From a virus (Duplodnaviria; Caudoviricetes), in IMG/VR virus record IMGVR_UViG_3300005663_000062, positions 1 through 51,197 of that record: a stretch of DNA of 51,197 nucleotides. One strand, written 5' to 3'. Shown here in pieces: positions 1 through 9,012 of the stretch. The notes under the pieces are model-generated. The model was given only the letters and a program-made list of their open reading frames with translations. It was not told where the DNA came from and made no database searches. Numbering within the stretch: the stretch's first letter is position 1; each line of letters starts with the position of its first letter. A program made the translations under genes and the position numbers.

Positions 1-434
1 GTTGCAACAAAGTGCGTCCATTGATTTTCGTAAGAAGCCAAACTTGTATTATATAGTCTTCCAATAGAGGCACCTGCGCTGTCGTCATACACACGGAAAT
101 TAATCTTTTTCGGTGTACCGGTATACATATTCCATTCTTGGTTTGACCCAACTTGCCATTTACTTGCCCAAACAAAATATGTAGCAGTGTGCATATAAAC
201 CCAGCTACTAATGCTAAGCGGGGTAAGGGCAGGCGTGAAATCATCGTGGTCGGCAACTTCAATATAATCGCTATTCCCGTCTAAATCAACGCCAGGATAT
301 TTGTAAGTTGCCGTCGCTTGCAATACTCCAGGATGACTATTTAGACTATAGTCAAAGGCCGTTCCTTCCCACAACTTGAGATGTAAGACCTCAGAAGCGT
401 CGGAGACCTCCGGCTGTAAGTGTTTAGGTTTCAT
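1..434 (-). CDS. LamG/concanavalin-A-like virion protein, 5' part (continues across the circular junction into 51197..50945; about 228 aa in total)
   Basis: ATG at 434 overlaps the TAA of the upstream gene. Translation MKPKHLQPEV...LDGNSDYIEVADHDDF...ISSWVY...NQWTHFVA has LamG motifs; the 2 leftover nt (AC) join base 51197 (T) to give T-YDGGT in frame. Confidence 0.85.
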   Translation of the reverse strand, partial: MKPKHLQPEVSDASEVLHLKLWEGTAFDYSLNSHPGVLQATATYKYPGVDLDGNSDYIEVADHDDFTPALTPLSISSWVYMHTATYFVWASKWQVGSNQEWNMYTGTPKKINFRVYDDSAGASIGRLYNTSLASYENQWTHFVA

Positions 435-823
435 TAGATACCCCGCAAAGTTACAACCATATTAGTTACCGCTGTCCCTGACGCTGCTGATATACCCATT
501 ATAACATCTACTGTTCCAGTCACAGGCTCGTTTACACTGAATGGGTAAGTTACGGCCTCCGCCTTCTCGCCGGAATCAAAGATTGTATTATCTCCGTTAT
601 CTTTAATAACGACCTGACCGGTAACATTATTTGTCGTATCAGGGACTTTGAGAATAATCTTTTGCAGAATGCCATTTATCTTTACATTAAGCGTGCCGTC
701 TGCGGTATCGTCAGCGTCCCACAGACCATTAAGGACGATTTCCCATGCAGGAAACCTTTCCGCATCAGATAACCTTTGGTCAAACTTACTTGTTACTGTC
801 ATTGTTGGTGCTGCTGGTGCCAT
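434..823 (-). CDS. hypothetical virion (beta-rich) protein
   Basis: 129-aa ORF with GGAG RBS, between tail tubular A and the LamG gene; T/V/G-rich composition. Confidence 0.6.
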   Translation of the reverse strand: MAPAAPTMTVTSKFDQRLSDAERFPAWEIVLNGLWDADDTADGTLNVKINGILQKIILKVPDTTNNVTGQVVIKDNGDNTIFDSGEKAEAVTYPFSVNEPVTGTVDVIMGISAASGTAVTNMVVTLRGI

Positions 824-834
824 GATTTAATCTC

Positions 835-1689
835 CTAACTTGTATAGCCGTCGCCTCTGAAATTCGGATTGATTGTTCGTCCTTCGGTAGAGCCTCGTCC
901 GGCATCCACCCAGGATGTTGATACTTCTCTTACATATTTTTTCTGTTCGTCGAGACCTTCGGCTTTCGACATTGCTTTTTCTAATTTCTCTTCAAGCCTC
1001 TCCGTCTTGGCAACACTCTTTGTAATATTGTCCGAGAGTTCCACCGCCAGGGAGAGATAGAGGACTTTTGTAAAGTAAAACGGGAACAGACCCGTATTCG
1101 TTACTAATTTGATATAGTCTATATAGACTGTGATAGATTCCATATTGGTCAGAATGAAACCTTCCTCTTCTTCCCAGTCTGTAATCTCGATACCGCCTAC
1201 ATTCACACTCGTTACTCTCAAAGAATCTTTCGGTATCCTGTATCTGTACCTGAAGTTATTACTTATCCAAAACACCGTCCCCGTAGCGTCGTTAGTTGAA
1301 AAGGCAGTATCAGTCAGGTAGAATTGACTTGGCGAAATCACTACCACACGAAGATAGTCGCCATCAAAGTTGCTCGTATCGTCTATCTCGGCATCGTTTC
1401 CGGTTATAAGAGTATGAGCGGTATCCGTAGTAACCAGCGTCGTATCGGCTACAATACTCGAATAGTCTGAAAAGGCCGCTATCGAAGATGAGTCCCTATT
1501 GATTCCGATACCCGTCTTCCTTGCGAATTTCCATCCTTTTTCCGGGCCTGACGTTAGAAGTTGACCCAGTGTTTCATCGTAAACATTGTCGAGCTTACGC
1601 CGGTTCTCAACATCAGCGTTTATTTTAGCTAATCTGTTCTGTCCGAGTCTCGACAGGGCAAGATTATAGATTCCGAGTTTCGTTGCCAT
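835..1689 (-). CDS. tail tubular protein A / adaptor (T7 gp11-like) with an internal beta-rich insertion
   Basis: N-terminal IYNLALSRLG, W.FA.K, Y.Y.IP.D.LRV and FP.YF...L...LA.EL motifs typical of gp11-like proteins; located after the capsid module. Confidence 0.8.
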   Translation of the reverse strand: MATKLGIYNLALSRLGQNRLAKINADVENRRKLDNVYDETLGQLLTSGPEKGWKFARKTGIGINRDSSSIAAFSDYSSIVADTTLVTTDTAHTLITGNDAEIDDTSNFDGDYLRVVVISPSQFYLTDTAFSTNDATGTVFWISNNFRYRYRIPKDSLRVTSVNVGGIEITDWEEEEGFILTNMESITVYIDYIKLVTNTGLFPFYFTKVLYLSLAVELSDNITKSVAKTERLEEKLEKAMSKAEGLDEQKKYVREVSTSWVDAGRGSTEGRTINPNFRGDGYTS

Positions 1690-1690
1690 A

Positions 1691-3244
1691 TTAAACCTCT
1701 TGCTTATACATCTTAATTGTTGTTACAAGATTATGTTTTGCATCAATAAAATCGGGACACATTGTTAATACTCTGTGCAGGCATTCGACGGCTCGTCTAT
1801 ATTCACCATTTATTGTATAACAAGCCGCCAAATTCATTAAAATGTGTATATGGTTAGGACTGCATTTTCTCGCGTACTCGAAAGACTCTAATGAATTATC
1901 TAAATCTCTCTTTGTTAGAAATGCAACTCCACGATAATAGGCCAGCGGCATTCCAGCCCTGTCAAGATTGGCTAAGAATGGTAAATTATCTGTTACCGAT
2001 ATAACTCTGTCCCAATTTATATTTCTGGCACGATATATTTCCACGCTCTTCATAGATGTCTGAAGTTTTATAGTAAATCCAATTACGCACAATACAAGAA
2101 GCGCGATAGCACCGGCCGTATAAACTCTCTTAAACTTAATCAAAGCAGGTTTGTAATCTTTCATAGCAAGGGCAAAGAATATCATTAACAAAAACCACAG
2201 ATACGCCCTATGGCTCGGAAACGTAAAACAAGCGAAGGTTATATAACCAGCTATTCCAGCCCTTATTGCTCCACGACTGTAATATAGAGCTAAAATAAAG
2301 AGCAGTAAGTAGCTTGCAAATCCAAATATTCCTATTTCTGACCATTCCTGAAGAAAGTCGTTATGCGCCCATCCGATAAGTTTATTTTCACCATTACTGC
2401 CAATCTTATAATTTATATTTGCCCTCGTTTCCGGAGATGAATACTTTGCGTATAGCGGGAATATCAATTTCCAGTTTCCAGCACCAACTCCGGCAGGATA
2501 GTCCTTAATCATAATTGCAGTCTGCTTCCATATCTCTAATCTCTGCCCTAACGAACTGGTATTGTAGATGTCATTGCCTTTGCAAACTATAACCCCTAAT
2601 AGCAATAGGCCGCACAATGAAGGAATAAGATATTTCCTGTTAGATAAAGCAAATACTATCAATGCTGCGAATAACGCTAACCAGCTCGAACGCGCTCTGA
2701 GTGAGATTATCACAAACAAACTTAATCCAATAGCTACTAAAGAAGGAATCTTCCATTCTTTGTAGTAGTAGCTGCACAGTATCATCAAAAGCACAATGGA
2801 TGCAGCATTGAGATTCTTGCTATCCATTATCCCGACCCTTACTGCAATTGATTTAGACGAGAACTCATAAATACCATACAAGCCAAGGCATATAGTTGTC
2901 AGAATAATGACCTTGGCAATATTCAATTTCTTCAAGAGAGTTGCCAAACAGAGCATAATCAACATTGCATTGAACATTGAAAATGACCGGGAAATACTCT
3001 CGCCTTTATTAACAGCGAAACATATCGAATATGTCAGCCATAACCAGTAAGCTAAGTATGCGAGAAATACAGGATGCTTTAAGACGCCGAAATCTACTTT
3101 TACGAGAACTAAAAGCATTAGCGTCATTACGCCAAGCATTAACTGCCTTGCGGCCAAGTCACGACCATCTACATAACCATCAACAGAGACGGCGAGACAA
3201 AGCACTAATCCTGCAATAAAAACTATATTGGCACACCTAAGCAT
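1691..3244 (-). CDS. O-antigen ligase / O-oligosaccharyltransferase family membrane protein with C-terminal TPR
   Basis: About 10-12 hydrophobic segments; motifs N.NAA, RARSSWLA, QRLEIW...GVGAGNW and AHNDFLQEWSEIGIFG (Wzy_C/WaaL); C-terminal TPR (AYYRG...NLAACY...A.HNL). Likely start is ATG 3244 (MLRCAN); the ORF track extends to 3298. Confidence 0.85.
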   Translation of the reverse strand: MLRCANIVFIAGLVLCLAVSVDGYVDGRDLAARQLMLGVMTLMLLVLVKVDFGVLKHPVFLAYLAYWLWLTYSICFAVNKGESISRSFSMFNAMLIMLCLATLLKKLNIAKVIILTTICLGLYGIYEFSSKSIAVRVGIMDSKNLNAASIVLLMILCSYYYKEWKIPSLVAIGLSLFVIISLRARSSWLALFAALIVFALSNRKYLIPSLCGLLLLGVIVCKGNDIYNTSSLGQRLEIWKQTAIMIKDYPAGVGAGNWKLIFPLYAKYSSPETRANINYKIGSNGENKLIGWAHNDFLQEWSEIGIFGFASYLLLFILALYYSRGAIRAGIAGYITFACFTFPSHRAYLWFLLMIFFALAMKDYKPALIKFKRVYTAGAIALLVLCVIGFTIKLQTSMKSVEIYRARNINWDRVISVTDNLPFLANLDRAGMPLAYYRGVAFLTKRDLDNSLESFEYARKCSPNHIHILMNLAACYTINGEYRRAVECLHRVLTMCPDFIDAKHNLVTTIKMYKQEV

Positions 3245-3384
3245 CGAAGAATCCACCAAAATAAGGCTATCAGGAAACAAATAAGGCAAAGAGGCCAAAG
3301 AACTAATACTGCACCAAAGACAAATATAGTACGTATAACGTCTTTGGCCTCTAAACTATGCCTATTCTGTACAGGATAAGCCAT
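3223..3384 (-). CDS. small membrane protein (53 aa), not in the ORF track
   Basis: MAYPVQNRHSLEAKDVIRTIFVFGAVLVLWPLCLICFLIALFWWILRCLGVPI*; ATG 2 nt after the stop of 3387..4424; long hydrophobic stretch. Confidence 0.5.
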   Translation of the reverse strand: MAYPVQNRHSLEAKDVIRTIFVFGAVLVLWPLCLICFLIALFWWILRCLGVPI

Positions 3385-3386
3385 TT

Positions 3387-4424
3387 TTAATTCTTTTCCT
3401 GTTGGGTTAACGGCGGTTGTCGAGTACCGGAAACATCAACTGCTATACCGACATAATTCTCTATTAACATCATCGAACCTGGGTCGATACTTGTAGCAGT
3501 CGCATTAGTAGCGATTGTGTTATAAGTAATCAATCCAGTAGCCGCTGCGGTGAACTCAATAGCATGCTGTCCTGCTGTCTTATTCCGAATTATATTTCGA
3601 GATATTACAGCATCTTCATCAACGGTATCAGACCATATCGCTGAAATCGCAAATTCGCCCTGTATATCGTTACCGACAATCTTCATATTATTATTAGCTC
3701 CATTACCAGCCTCGATAAAGTGATTCGGGCCGGTAGTTGAAGTATGCCGATAGATACAGTTGTAAATTCTGAAATCATTTGCTCCTGCCGCGAGGTCGAT
3801 AGCGTCAAGAAACGCATCTGTTATAAAGGCTGGCTCAGGCCATTCACAGGCAATGATAGTGCAATTGTCACCTGCCGCTTCTACGCTGATTCCCATTGTT
3901 ATCTCTGTGCCTGTAACGAAACGCAAGTTGTATATGACAATATTTGCAGCGCCTACGACGAATTCGCCTGCCAATGCCTCATAGGTAAAAGTAGGCATGT
4001 CAGTACCCTTGCCAATGCCAATAACAGTAATGCCTGCGGTAGTTAAATCAACTGCGTCGGCGGCGCTCAATGTCTCGCCATGGTTTTGAGCAAGCATGAT
4101 ATAATCGCCTCGATTGGCTCCGCCATCGGCAAGACTTAGAACGTCAGCCTCTTTGAGAGTTATAACAGCCCTTGAAAAAGACTTGCCATCGCCGCTTACT
4201 GACCTTCCAGAATTCACATACCATATCTTTCCGAGTCCAAGTTGTCCGCCGACTTCGACCGCAGCCTGTATTTCCTGTGCCCATATCGTCGCCCTGTCCT
4301 TTTGGGGATGGCCGCCCCATTGATAACCGTTGTTAAACGTCTGCCTGTCAGCGGCGTTGTAAGTCAGAGCATGTACAGGTACGCACATAGCCAAAATGAC
4401 TATGATAAATAGTAATCGTTTCAT
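3387..4424 (-). CDS. right-handed beta-helix (pectin-lyase-like) protein with N-terminal Sec signal peptide
   Basis: MKRLLFIIVILAMCVPVHA signal; WYVNSG..SGDGKSF..A..TL..A, GDYIMLA..H.E and repeating I.NC/N.I beta-helix turns. Confidence 0.75.
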   Translation of the reverse strand: MKRLLFIIVILAMCVPVHALTYNAADRQTFNNGYQWGGHPQKDRATIWAQEIQAAVEVGGQLGLGKIWYVNSGRSVSGDGKSFSRAVITLKEADVLSLADGGANRGDYIMLAQNHGETLSAADAVDLTTAGITVIGIGKGTDMPTFTYEALAGEFVVGAANIVIYNLRFVTGTEITMGISVEAAGDNCTIIACEWPEPAFITDAFLDAIDLAAGANDFRIYNCIYRHTSTTGPNHFIEAGNGANNNMKIVGNDIQGEFAISAIWSDTVDEDAVISRNIIRNKTAGQHAIEFTAAATGLITYNTIATNATATSIDPGSMMLIENYVGIAVDVSGTRQPPLTQQEKN

Positions 4425-5059
4425 TGTTTTACTCCTTTCTTGAGTAGTTGTAGTTTGTTTACGATATTCAGTAATCCAATATATTTTTCATGGTTGCATT
4501 TCACCAGAGGGTCACACCAGATGTCGTACCCGGCCTTGCGAGCCTTATCGCAGAAGTAAATGTCCTCACCCATTTCAATACCACCGGGAACGAAAACATT
4601 CTTCCAGTAAGGCCATTCCAGAGCTTCAAAGACTTCGTACTTGATAAGTGTTACACCAAACCCACCGGATACTATCTTAAATGGGTTTCGAGGCAGGTCG
4701 TCAAGTTCAATGAACAATTCATCCCTCGATACCGACCATCGTATCTCACCTTTTTGTGTCATTGGATAAACACCCATAACGATGTCTTTATCTAACTCTT
4801 TCAGTTTCTCTAAAGTGTTCTTCTTCGGTAAAACGTCAGCGTCGAGAAATAAGATGTGGGTAGGCTTGGGTATCCTGTACTTTGCGTGCTGAATTGCCAT
4901 ATCACGCCCGACTTCAGGCTTGGAAGAAACTGGATGATATATTTCAACCATCTCCTTAGTGTATTCCCAAAACGATAGAGTCTCTTTTAAGCGTGAATCA
5001 ATTTTATAATCCTGGCCAAGCGGAACGCTGACAAGAATGGGCCTATCCAAATAAATCAT
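4421..5059 (-). CDS. glycosyltransferase (GT-A fold, family 2-like)
   Basis: THILFLDAD (DxD), GFGVTLIKYEVF, GEDIYFCDKARKAGYDIWCD...C.H. Confidence 0.85.
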   Translation of the reverse strand: MIYLDRPILVSVPLGQDYKIDSRLKETLSFWEYTKEMVEIYHPVSSKPEVGRDMAIQHAKYRIPKPTHILFLDADVLPKKNTLEKLKELDKDIVMGVYPMTQKGEIRWSVSRDELFIELDDLPRNPFKIVSGGFGVTLIKYEVFEALEWPYWKNVFVPGGIEMGEDIYFCDKARKAGYDIWCDPLVKCNHEKYIGLLNIVNKLQLLKKGVKQ

Positions 5060-5068
5060 ATTATCTCC

Positions 5069-5521
5069 CTAAATATTAGACGTTGAAACCTGAGTATCGT
5101 AAGACGACTGCGGGCCGTGGTCTAACCACGCATTCAGTGCGCCTGTCACAGTTCCGGTTGCGACGACTGCTACTGCTAAAAATCGCCTGTCGTCAACATT
5201 TACAGGCAAAGGCACACGTAACAGCCATTCACCGACAGCTATAGACGCTCCTATCGTTCTCGCACCTGAAGACAGAACAATAAGACTGGAGCTATCCTGA
5301 CCTCCGGCGGCGGTGTCAGCTAAAAGCCGAATATCAATAGTCGTACCCGTAATAGCTGTAGTCCCGACTCGTACATTCAGCCAGAGAGGTTCGCCTGCAC
5401 CCATTTCAAGGTCAGCCGCCTGCCAATCTATAGTCTTTGCGGTACCACCGATTGTAGTACCGTTCGTAGTAGTGATTGTCAGGTCGTCCATAAATTCGTA
5501 CATTATATCATAAAGAGCCAT
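5069..5521 (-). CDS. capsid cement/decoration protein (BPP-1 Bbp16-like)
   Basis: Immediately after the major capsid gene; MGAGEPLWLNVRV, RRFLAV and G.LNAWL motifs; 150 aa. Confidence 0.7.
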   Translation of the reverse strand: MALYDIMYEFMDDLTITTTNGTTIGGTAKTIDWQAADLEMGAGEPLWLNVRVGTTAITGTTIDIRLLADTAAGGQDSSSLIVLSSGARTIGASIAVGEWLLRVPLPVNVDDRRFLAVAVVATGTVTGALNAWLDHGPQSSYDTQVSTSNI

Positions 5522-5535
5522 AAATGGCCTCCTTT

Positions 5536-6564
5536 CTAAGTTGTGACAATTGTTTCTGTCGTGTCGATTGCATCCAGTCGTCTCACCGGCATATCGTGGA
5601 ACATTAACTGCGGCTGTCCGAAGGGATTGTTCGGACCCCAGAAGACGTTGACTTTGTCTTTGGCGAGAATCATTAACTGTACGAAAATGGTCTCATTAAC
5701 GTACATGTAAATCGTTCCCGGAGTCCTGTAATTGTAGCGGGTCTCGATAATCTTATCCTCGTCAAGCGTAGCTGCGTCCGTGGTTGAGTTGGTCGAGATA
5801 TTCGCCAGTCTCTTAACAGTTCTCGTATCCTCGATAGCCAGCCCGATGTCCCATGAAAATTCGGTGATATGTGCCCACAACTGCTTGTTGTTAGGCTCGA
5901 AGGACGGGGTATTGGAAGAAGAATCGGACAAGGTGTAGACCAGTCCCATGTCTTCTTTTTTGATACCGCCGCCTGTAGCGTTACGGGGATAGATTAAGTA
6001 AACGCCACCCGCTCGCCACTGGATGAACCAGATAGACGTTAGGGATGCGCCTGTACCTGCCGTAGCACCGTTGTTAGCCACATAAGCCGACCTTGACGTA
6101 CTAAGAGTGTTGTACCTCGCCAAGAGGCCGTCAAACTCTTCAGGAGGCTCCGCTGTCTTATTTCCGGCGACCATAGTATTAGCGAACTCCTGACCCATAG
6201 CCTCGATGTGAGGACGTTCCTGCTGCTGACGGAACTTGGCGGGATTCGGCTGGAGTCTCATAACATCGTCAGGGCATTGATACCTCGCCTTTTGCTGAGC
6301 GATTGTCTCTCTGACCTGATTCAGACGGCCTGCGGTGGCGTTCCAGCCCTCGCCTATCTTCACCCATGAGGGCTTAGGAAGTGCGGTACGCCTTGAGACT
6401 ACGTGTGAGGTAATATCATTAGCACGCTGAACGACAGCGTCCTGAATGAGATCGTTGGTTTCGTTCAATACTTCCGCTACGTCGATGATCTCCTGATTAT
6501 GAGTCATCCTCGCAGCGAGAAGCATGTTTTCTCTTTGGTTAATATCACTACTTGAAATAGCCAT
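5536..6564 (-). CDS. major capsid protein (HK97 fold, BPP-1 Bbp17-like)
   Basis: 342 aa; EVLNETN.LI.D, R..LP...W, HIEAMGQ, EEFDGL..RY, TSIWFIQW, IYP, F.W.IGL.I.D.R.V.R.ANI and PVRR.DAI..TE; strong AAAGGAG RBS. Confidence 0.92.
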   Translation of the reverse strand: MAISSSDINQRENMLLAARMTHNQEIIDVAEVLNETNDLIQDAVVQRANDITSHVVSRRTALPKPSWVKIGEGWNATAGRLNQVRETIAQQKARYQCPDDVMRLQPNPAKFRQQQERPHIEAMGQEFANTMVAGNKTAEPPEEFDGLLARYNTLSTSRSAYVANNGATAGTGASLTSIWFIQWRAGGVYLIYPRNATGGGIKKEDMGLVYTLSDSSSNTPSFEPNNKQLWAHITEFSWDIGLAIEDTRTVKRLANISTNSTTDAATLDEDKIIETRYNYRTPGTIYMYVNETIFVQLMILAKDKVNVFWGPNNPFGQPQLMFHDMPVRRLDAIDTTETIVTT

Positions 6565-6745
6565 GATTAGGCTCCTTTCGCATTAAAATTCAAATTGTCG
6601 TTTTTGCGTAGGAGCTATCCTGTCAAACGCAGGCTGCTACTTCACTTTTAGCCGTGATATGCTTTGGTCTTACCAGCAACTCAGGCCCCTTGGGGCTGTC
6701 CTGAGCTTTGTATTGATTCCTCTCTGTCCCTTGCGGGAGAGTAAC
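6565..6745 (-). promoter_or_regulatory. structured 5' leader of the major capsid gene (RBS-sequestering stem plus upstream hairpins)
   Basis: Inverted repeat 6565-6584/6605-6619 covers the RBS; competing stem 6608-6640; further hairpins CTCAGG..CCTGAG (6680-6705) and TCCC-GCAA-GGGA (6727-6738). Confidence 0.55.
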
Positions 6746-7397
6746 CATATTGTAAATGTTTGTCATATACCTTCCGGGCCAACTCCCTATTACATGCGGA
6801 GAGTTGCTCCCAGGTAAACGTCGTTAATTTCTTACACAAACAAGAGTTATTAGTTTCTCTTGAATTTCTTTCTTTTATATCGGGTAACGACTCAAATGGA
6901 TGGTCTATCCTTTCGAGGAATTCAGGCCATACATCCGACAAGTCCTCCAGCCTGTATCGCCATACACAAAACTCTTCCAGTAACTCATTCCATTTGAGCC
7001 AGTATTGCATACAGCCTAAAAGTCCTCTTCCATGACACTCGATGACATGATTCATAAAGCCCCATGCCTGATGGTCAAACATTGACGCTATCTGTTTCAG
7101 TGGATGCCGTACCTGATGAAAACAGTTATCAGGTTTTATAATAGCCAGATGATAACCGACAGAGCCATCGACATCAGTTTTTTCGTGACCTATTTTGTAT
7201 CCTAACTTCTCCAATACCCTCGTCATGTAAATAGTGCCTGACCTTGCACACGCCGCCACGTATATACCCTTACCAGTAACCTCGCAGCCTTTATATTCCC
7301 AGACCGGTTCGCCGCGTCTATTCTTTACATACGCACCATCTTCAGATATTTTTACCGGTGCGCCGCATCGAGTTATAACTGGTATTTCAATTCTCAT
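6681..7397 (-). CDS. sulfotransferase-family protein (P-loop fold)
   Basis: 5'-PSB-like motif ACARSGTIYM and 3'-PB-like motif HQVRHPLKQIASM, followed by YW..WN and YRLEDL. Confidence 0.75.
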   Translation of the reverse strand: MRIEIPVITRCGAPVKISEDGAYVKNRRGEPVWEYKGCEVTGKGIYVAACARSGTIYMTRVLEKLGYKIGHEKTDVDGSVGYHLAIIKPDNCFHQVRHPLKQIASMFDHQAWGFMNHVIECHGRGLLGCMQYWLKWNELLEEFCVWRYRLEDLSDVWPEFLERIDHPFESLPDIKERNSRETNNSCLCKKLTTFTWEQLSACNRELARKVYDKHLQYGYSPARDREESIQSSGQPQGA

Positions 7398-8146
7398 TAA
7401 TACACATGCCCCTGAGCCACAAAGAATGCCCTTGCCTTCTTGGATTCGTCATCGTCCCCGTTCCTGTACATACCGGGAGATTTAGGATATTGAGGTTTGT
7501 ATTCAGCTTCCGTTTTATCGCCTTTCTGGTCGCCTTTTACAAAAGTATCAGTTGCAATCCTTTTGGCAAAGCTGAGAAACTCTTTAACGAATACGGGATG
7601 ATTATGCAGTCCGCTGTCAACTAACACCTGCCTGAATTCTTTACTACAATCGTTAGTTACAAACCTGTCGGCCAACTCAAAGTTGACATCATAATCATTT
7701 TTCCATTCGTCCTGTAATGACTTTTTCGCAACCTCCAGAGATTGTATAGATTGCTGAGACAATTCATCAAGCCAATTTCGCATAACAGTTTCCACTGCTA
7801 TCTTCGGCGCGCCTGTATCAAATGCCCATTGTTTAATTTTATTAACCATTTCCTGGTCGATAGGCACATTATCAGGCACTGTTATCTCGTAACCTTCCGG
7901 GGTATCGACACCTCTGATTTTGGCGTAGAAAGCCGAAACCTCTTCTTCGGGAGCGCCTTCGCCGGGTATCTTGATTTTGCCTGATGCCGACTTCTGGAGT
8001 TCACTGTAATCTCTTATCGCATCGTTAGGGTCTTTCCATCCCTGCTGAGTTACCAGTTCGGCATTCTCATCAGAAAACCAAGGGGCTGCTACTGCCGCAC
8101 CCTCTACCGTAGTATCTGTCATTAAACTTGATTCTGGTTCTGGCAT
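7397..8146 (-). CDS. capsid assembly scaffolding protein
   Basis: Acidic 249 aa upstream of the capsid gene; Y.ELQK, IPGE.A..EE...FY.K, P..YE, L..EW..DYD.N and GL.NHP.FVK motifs. Confidence 0.8.
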   Translation of the reverse strand: MPEPESSLMTDTTVEGAAVAAPWFSDENAELVTQQGWKDPNDAIRDYSELQKSASGKIKIPGEGAPEEEVSAFYAKIRGVDTPEGYEITVPDNVPIDQEMVNKIKQWAFDTGAPKIAVETVMRNWLDELSQQSIQSLEVAKKSLQDEWKNDYDVNFELADRFVTNDCSKEFRQVLVDSGLHNHPVFVKEFLSFAKRIATDTFVKGDQKGDKTEAEYKPQYPKSPGMYRNGDDDESKKARAFFVAQGHVY

Positions 8147-8346
8147 AATTCTTCTTCCTTTTCGTAATAGTTCTTTAACCTATTTACCACAGACATTGCT
8201 TCGTTTCCTTTTTCAATTTGCTTCTTCACTAATTCAATATGTTCTTTATCAGAAGATAAGGCAAATATCCTGACCCAAACCTGTCCATTTCCGGTGGGGA
8301 TTAACATATTATCTACATAACTAAACGATATTTCTTCCTCGTCCAT
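8122..8346 (-). CDS. hypothetical protein
   Basis: ORF in the overlapping late-operon chain. Confidence 0.5.
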   Translation of the reverse strand: MDEEEISFSYVDNMLIPTGNGQVWVRIFALSSDKEHIELVKKQIEKGNEAMSVVNRLKNYYEKEEELCQNQNQV

Positions 8347-8578
8347 CTATTTTGTCCTCGTTAATTATAGTAATTATCTGATTTATCTTACTCTCAATCG
8401 CCTCCATTCTCCGCATGTACCCTTCAATCGGAGTACCGCCATCCCGTCCAGGCTCCCACTTGGGATATTCGGCGAGAGGCAAGATTACTCCTTCAGGGCA
8501 ATCCTCGTAGTTGTAATGTAAGATTCCACATTTCCTGCACTTCACTTTTCGTTTTATCTTTTCTTCAACTTCTGGCAT
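8321..8578 (-). CDS. hypothetical protein (CxxC)
   Basis: ORF abutting the upstream stop; CRKC motif. Confidence 0.5.
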   Translation of the reverse strand: MPEVEEKIKRKVKCRKCGILHYNYEDCPEGVILPLAEYPKWEPGRDGGTPIEGYMRRMEAIESKINQIITIINEDKIDGRGRNIV

Positions 8579-8770
8579 TTATATTCCTTTCAATCCTTTT
8601 GAACTTTTTAATCTGGCGATTAAGGCACTGAGCCTTGTTTCAAGAATCTCTATTCTTCCTTCGAGATTTCCAACATGCAACAATACTTCGCCTATTGTTG
8701 GGCCAACCGGATTCTTCGGAGTTACGGTTTTCTCCTCTTCTTTAGGCTTTGTAGTTTTCTTTTTAGCCAT
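8579..8770 (-). CDS. hypothetical basic/coiled-coil protein
   Basis: MAKKKTTK start, AAGGAAG RBS. Confidence 0.55.
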   Translation of the reverse strand: MAKKKTTKPKEEEKTVTPKNPVGPTIGEVLLHVGNLEGRIEILETRLSALIARLKSSKGLKGI

Positions 8771-9012
8771 CCTGTTTCTTCCTTTCGTGGTAAATTGAAT
8801 AGTCTGTCAATTATAGTTTCGTTTCGTCTTACGTCGCCATACTCGCCCAATTTATGTAGTATAGTCTTTGCAAAGTTTTCTACCGCCATCTCTTCGGGTG
8901 TATTTATTTCTTCAAAGAGCTTTGCTTCTATGAGAAGGTTCCTCAGGACTATCTTCCCTGACCCTGTACCGAAGCAGTTTCTGTAATATGTCTCTATCGG
9001 GTCAAAATTCAT
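8722..9012 (-). CDS. Bbp19-like head-associated protein
   Basis: YRNCFGTGSGKIVLRNL motif; downstream of the portal. Confidence 0.65.
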   Translation of the reverse strand: MNFDPIETYYRNCFGTGSGKIVLRNLLIEAKLFEEINTPEEMAVENFAKTILHKLGEYGDVRRNETIIDRLFNLPRKEETGWLKRKLQSLKKRRKP

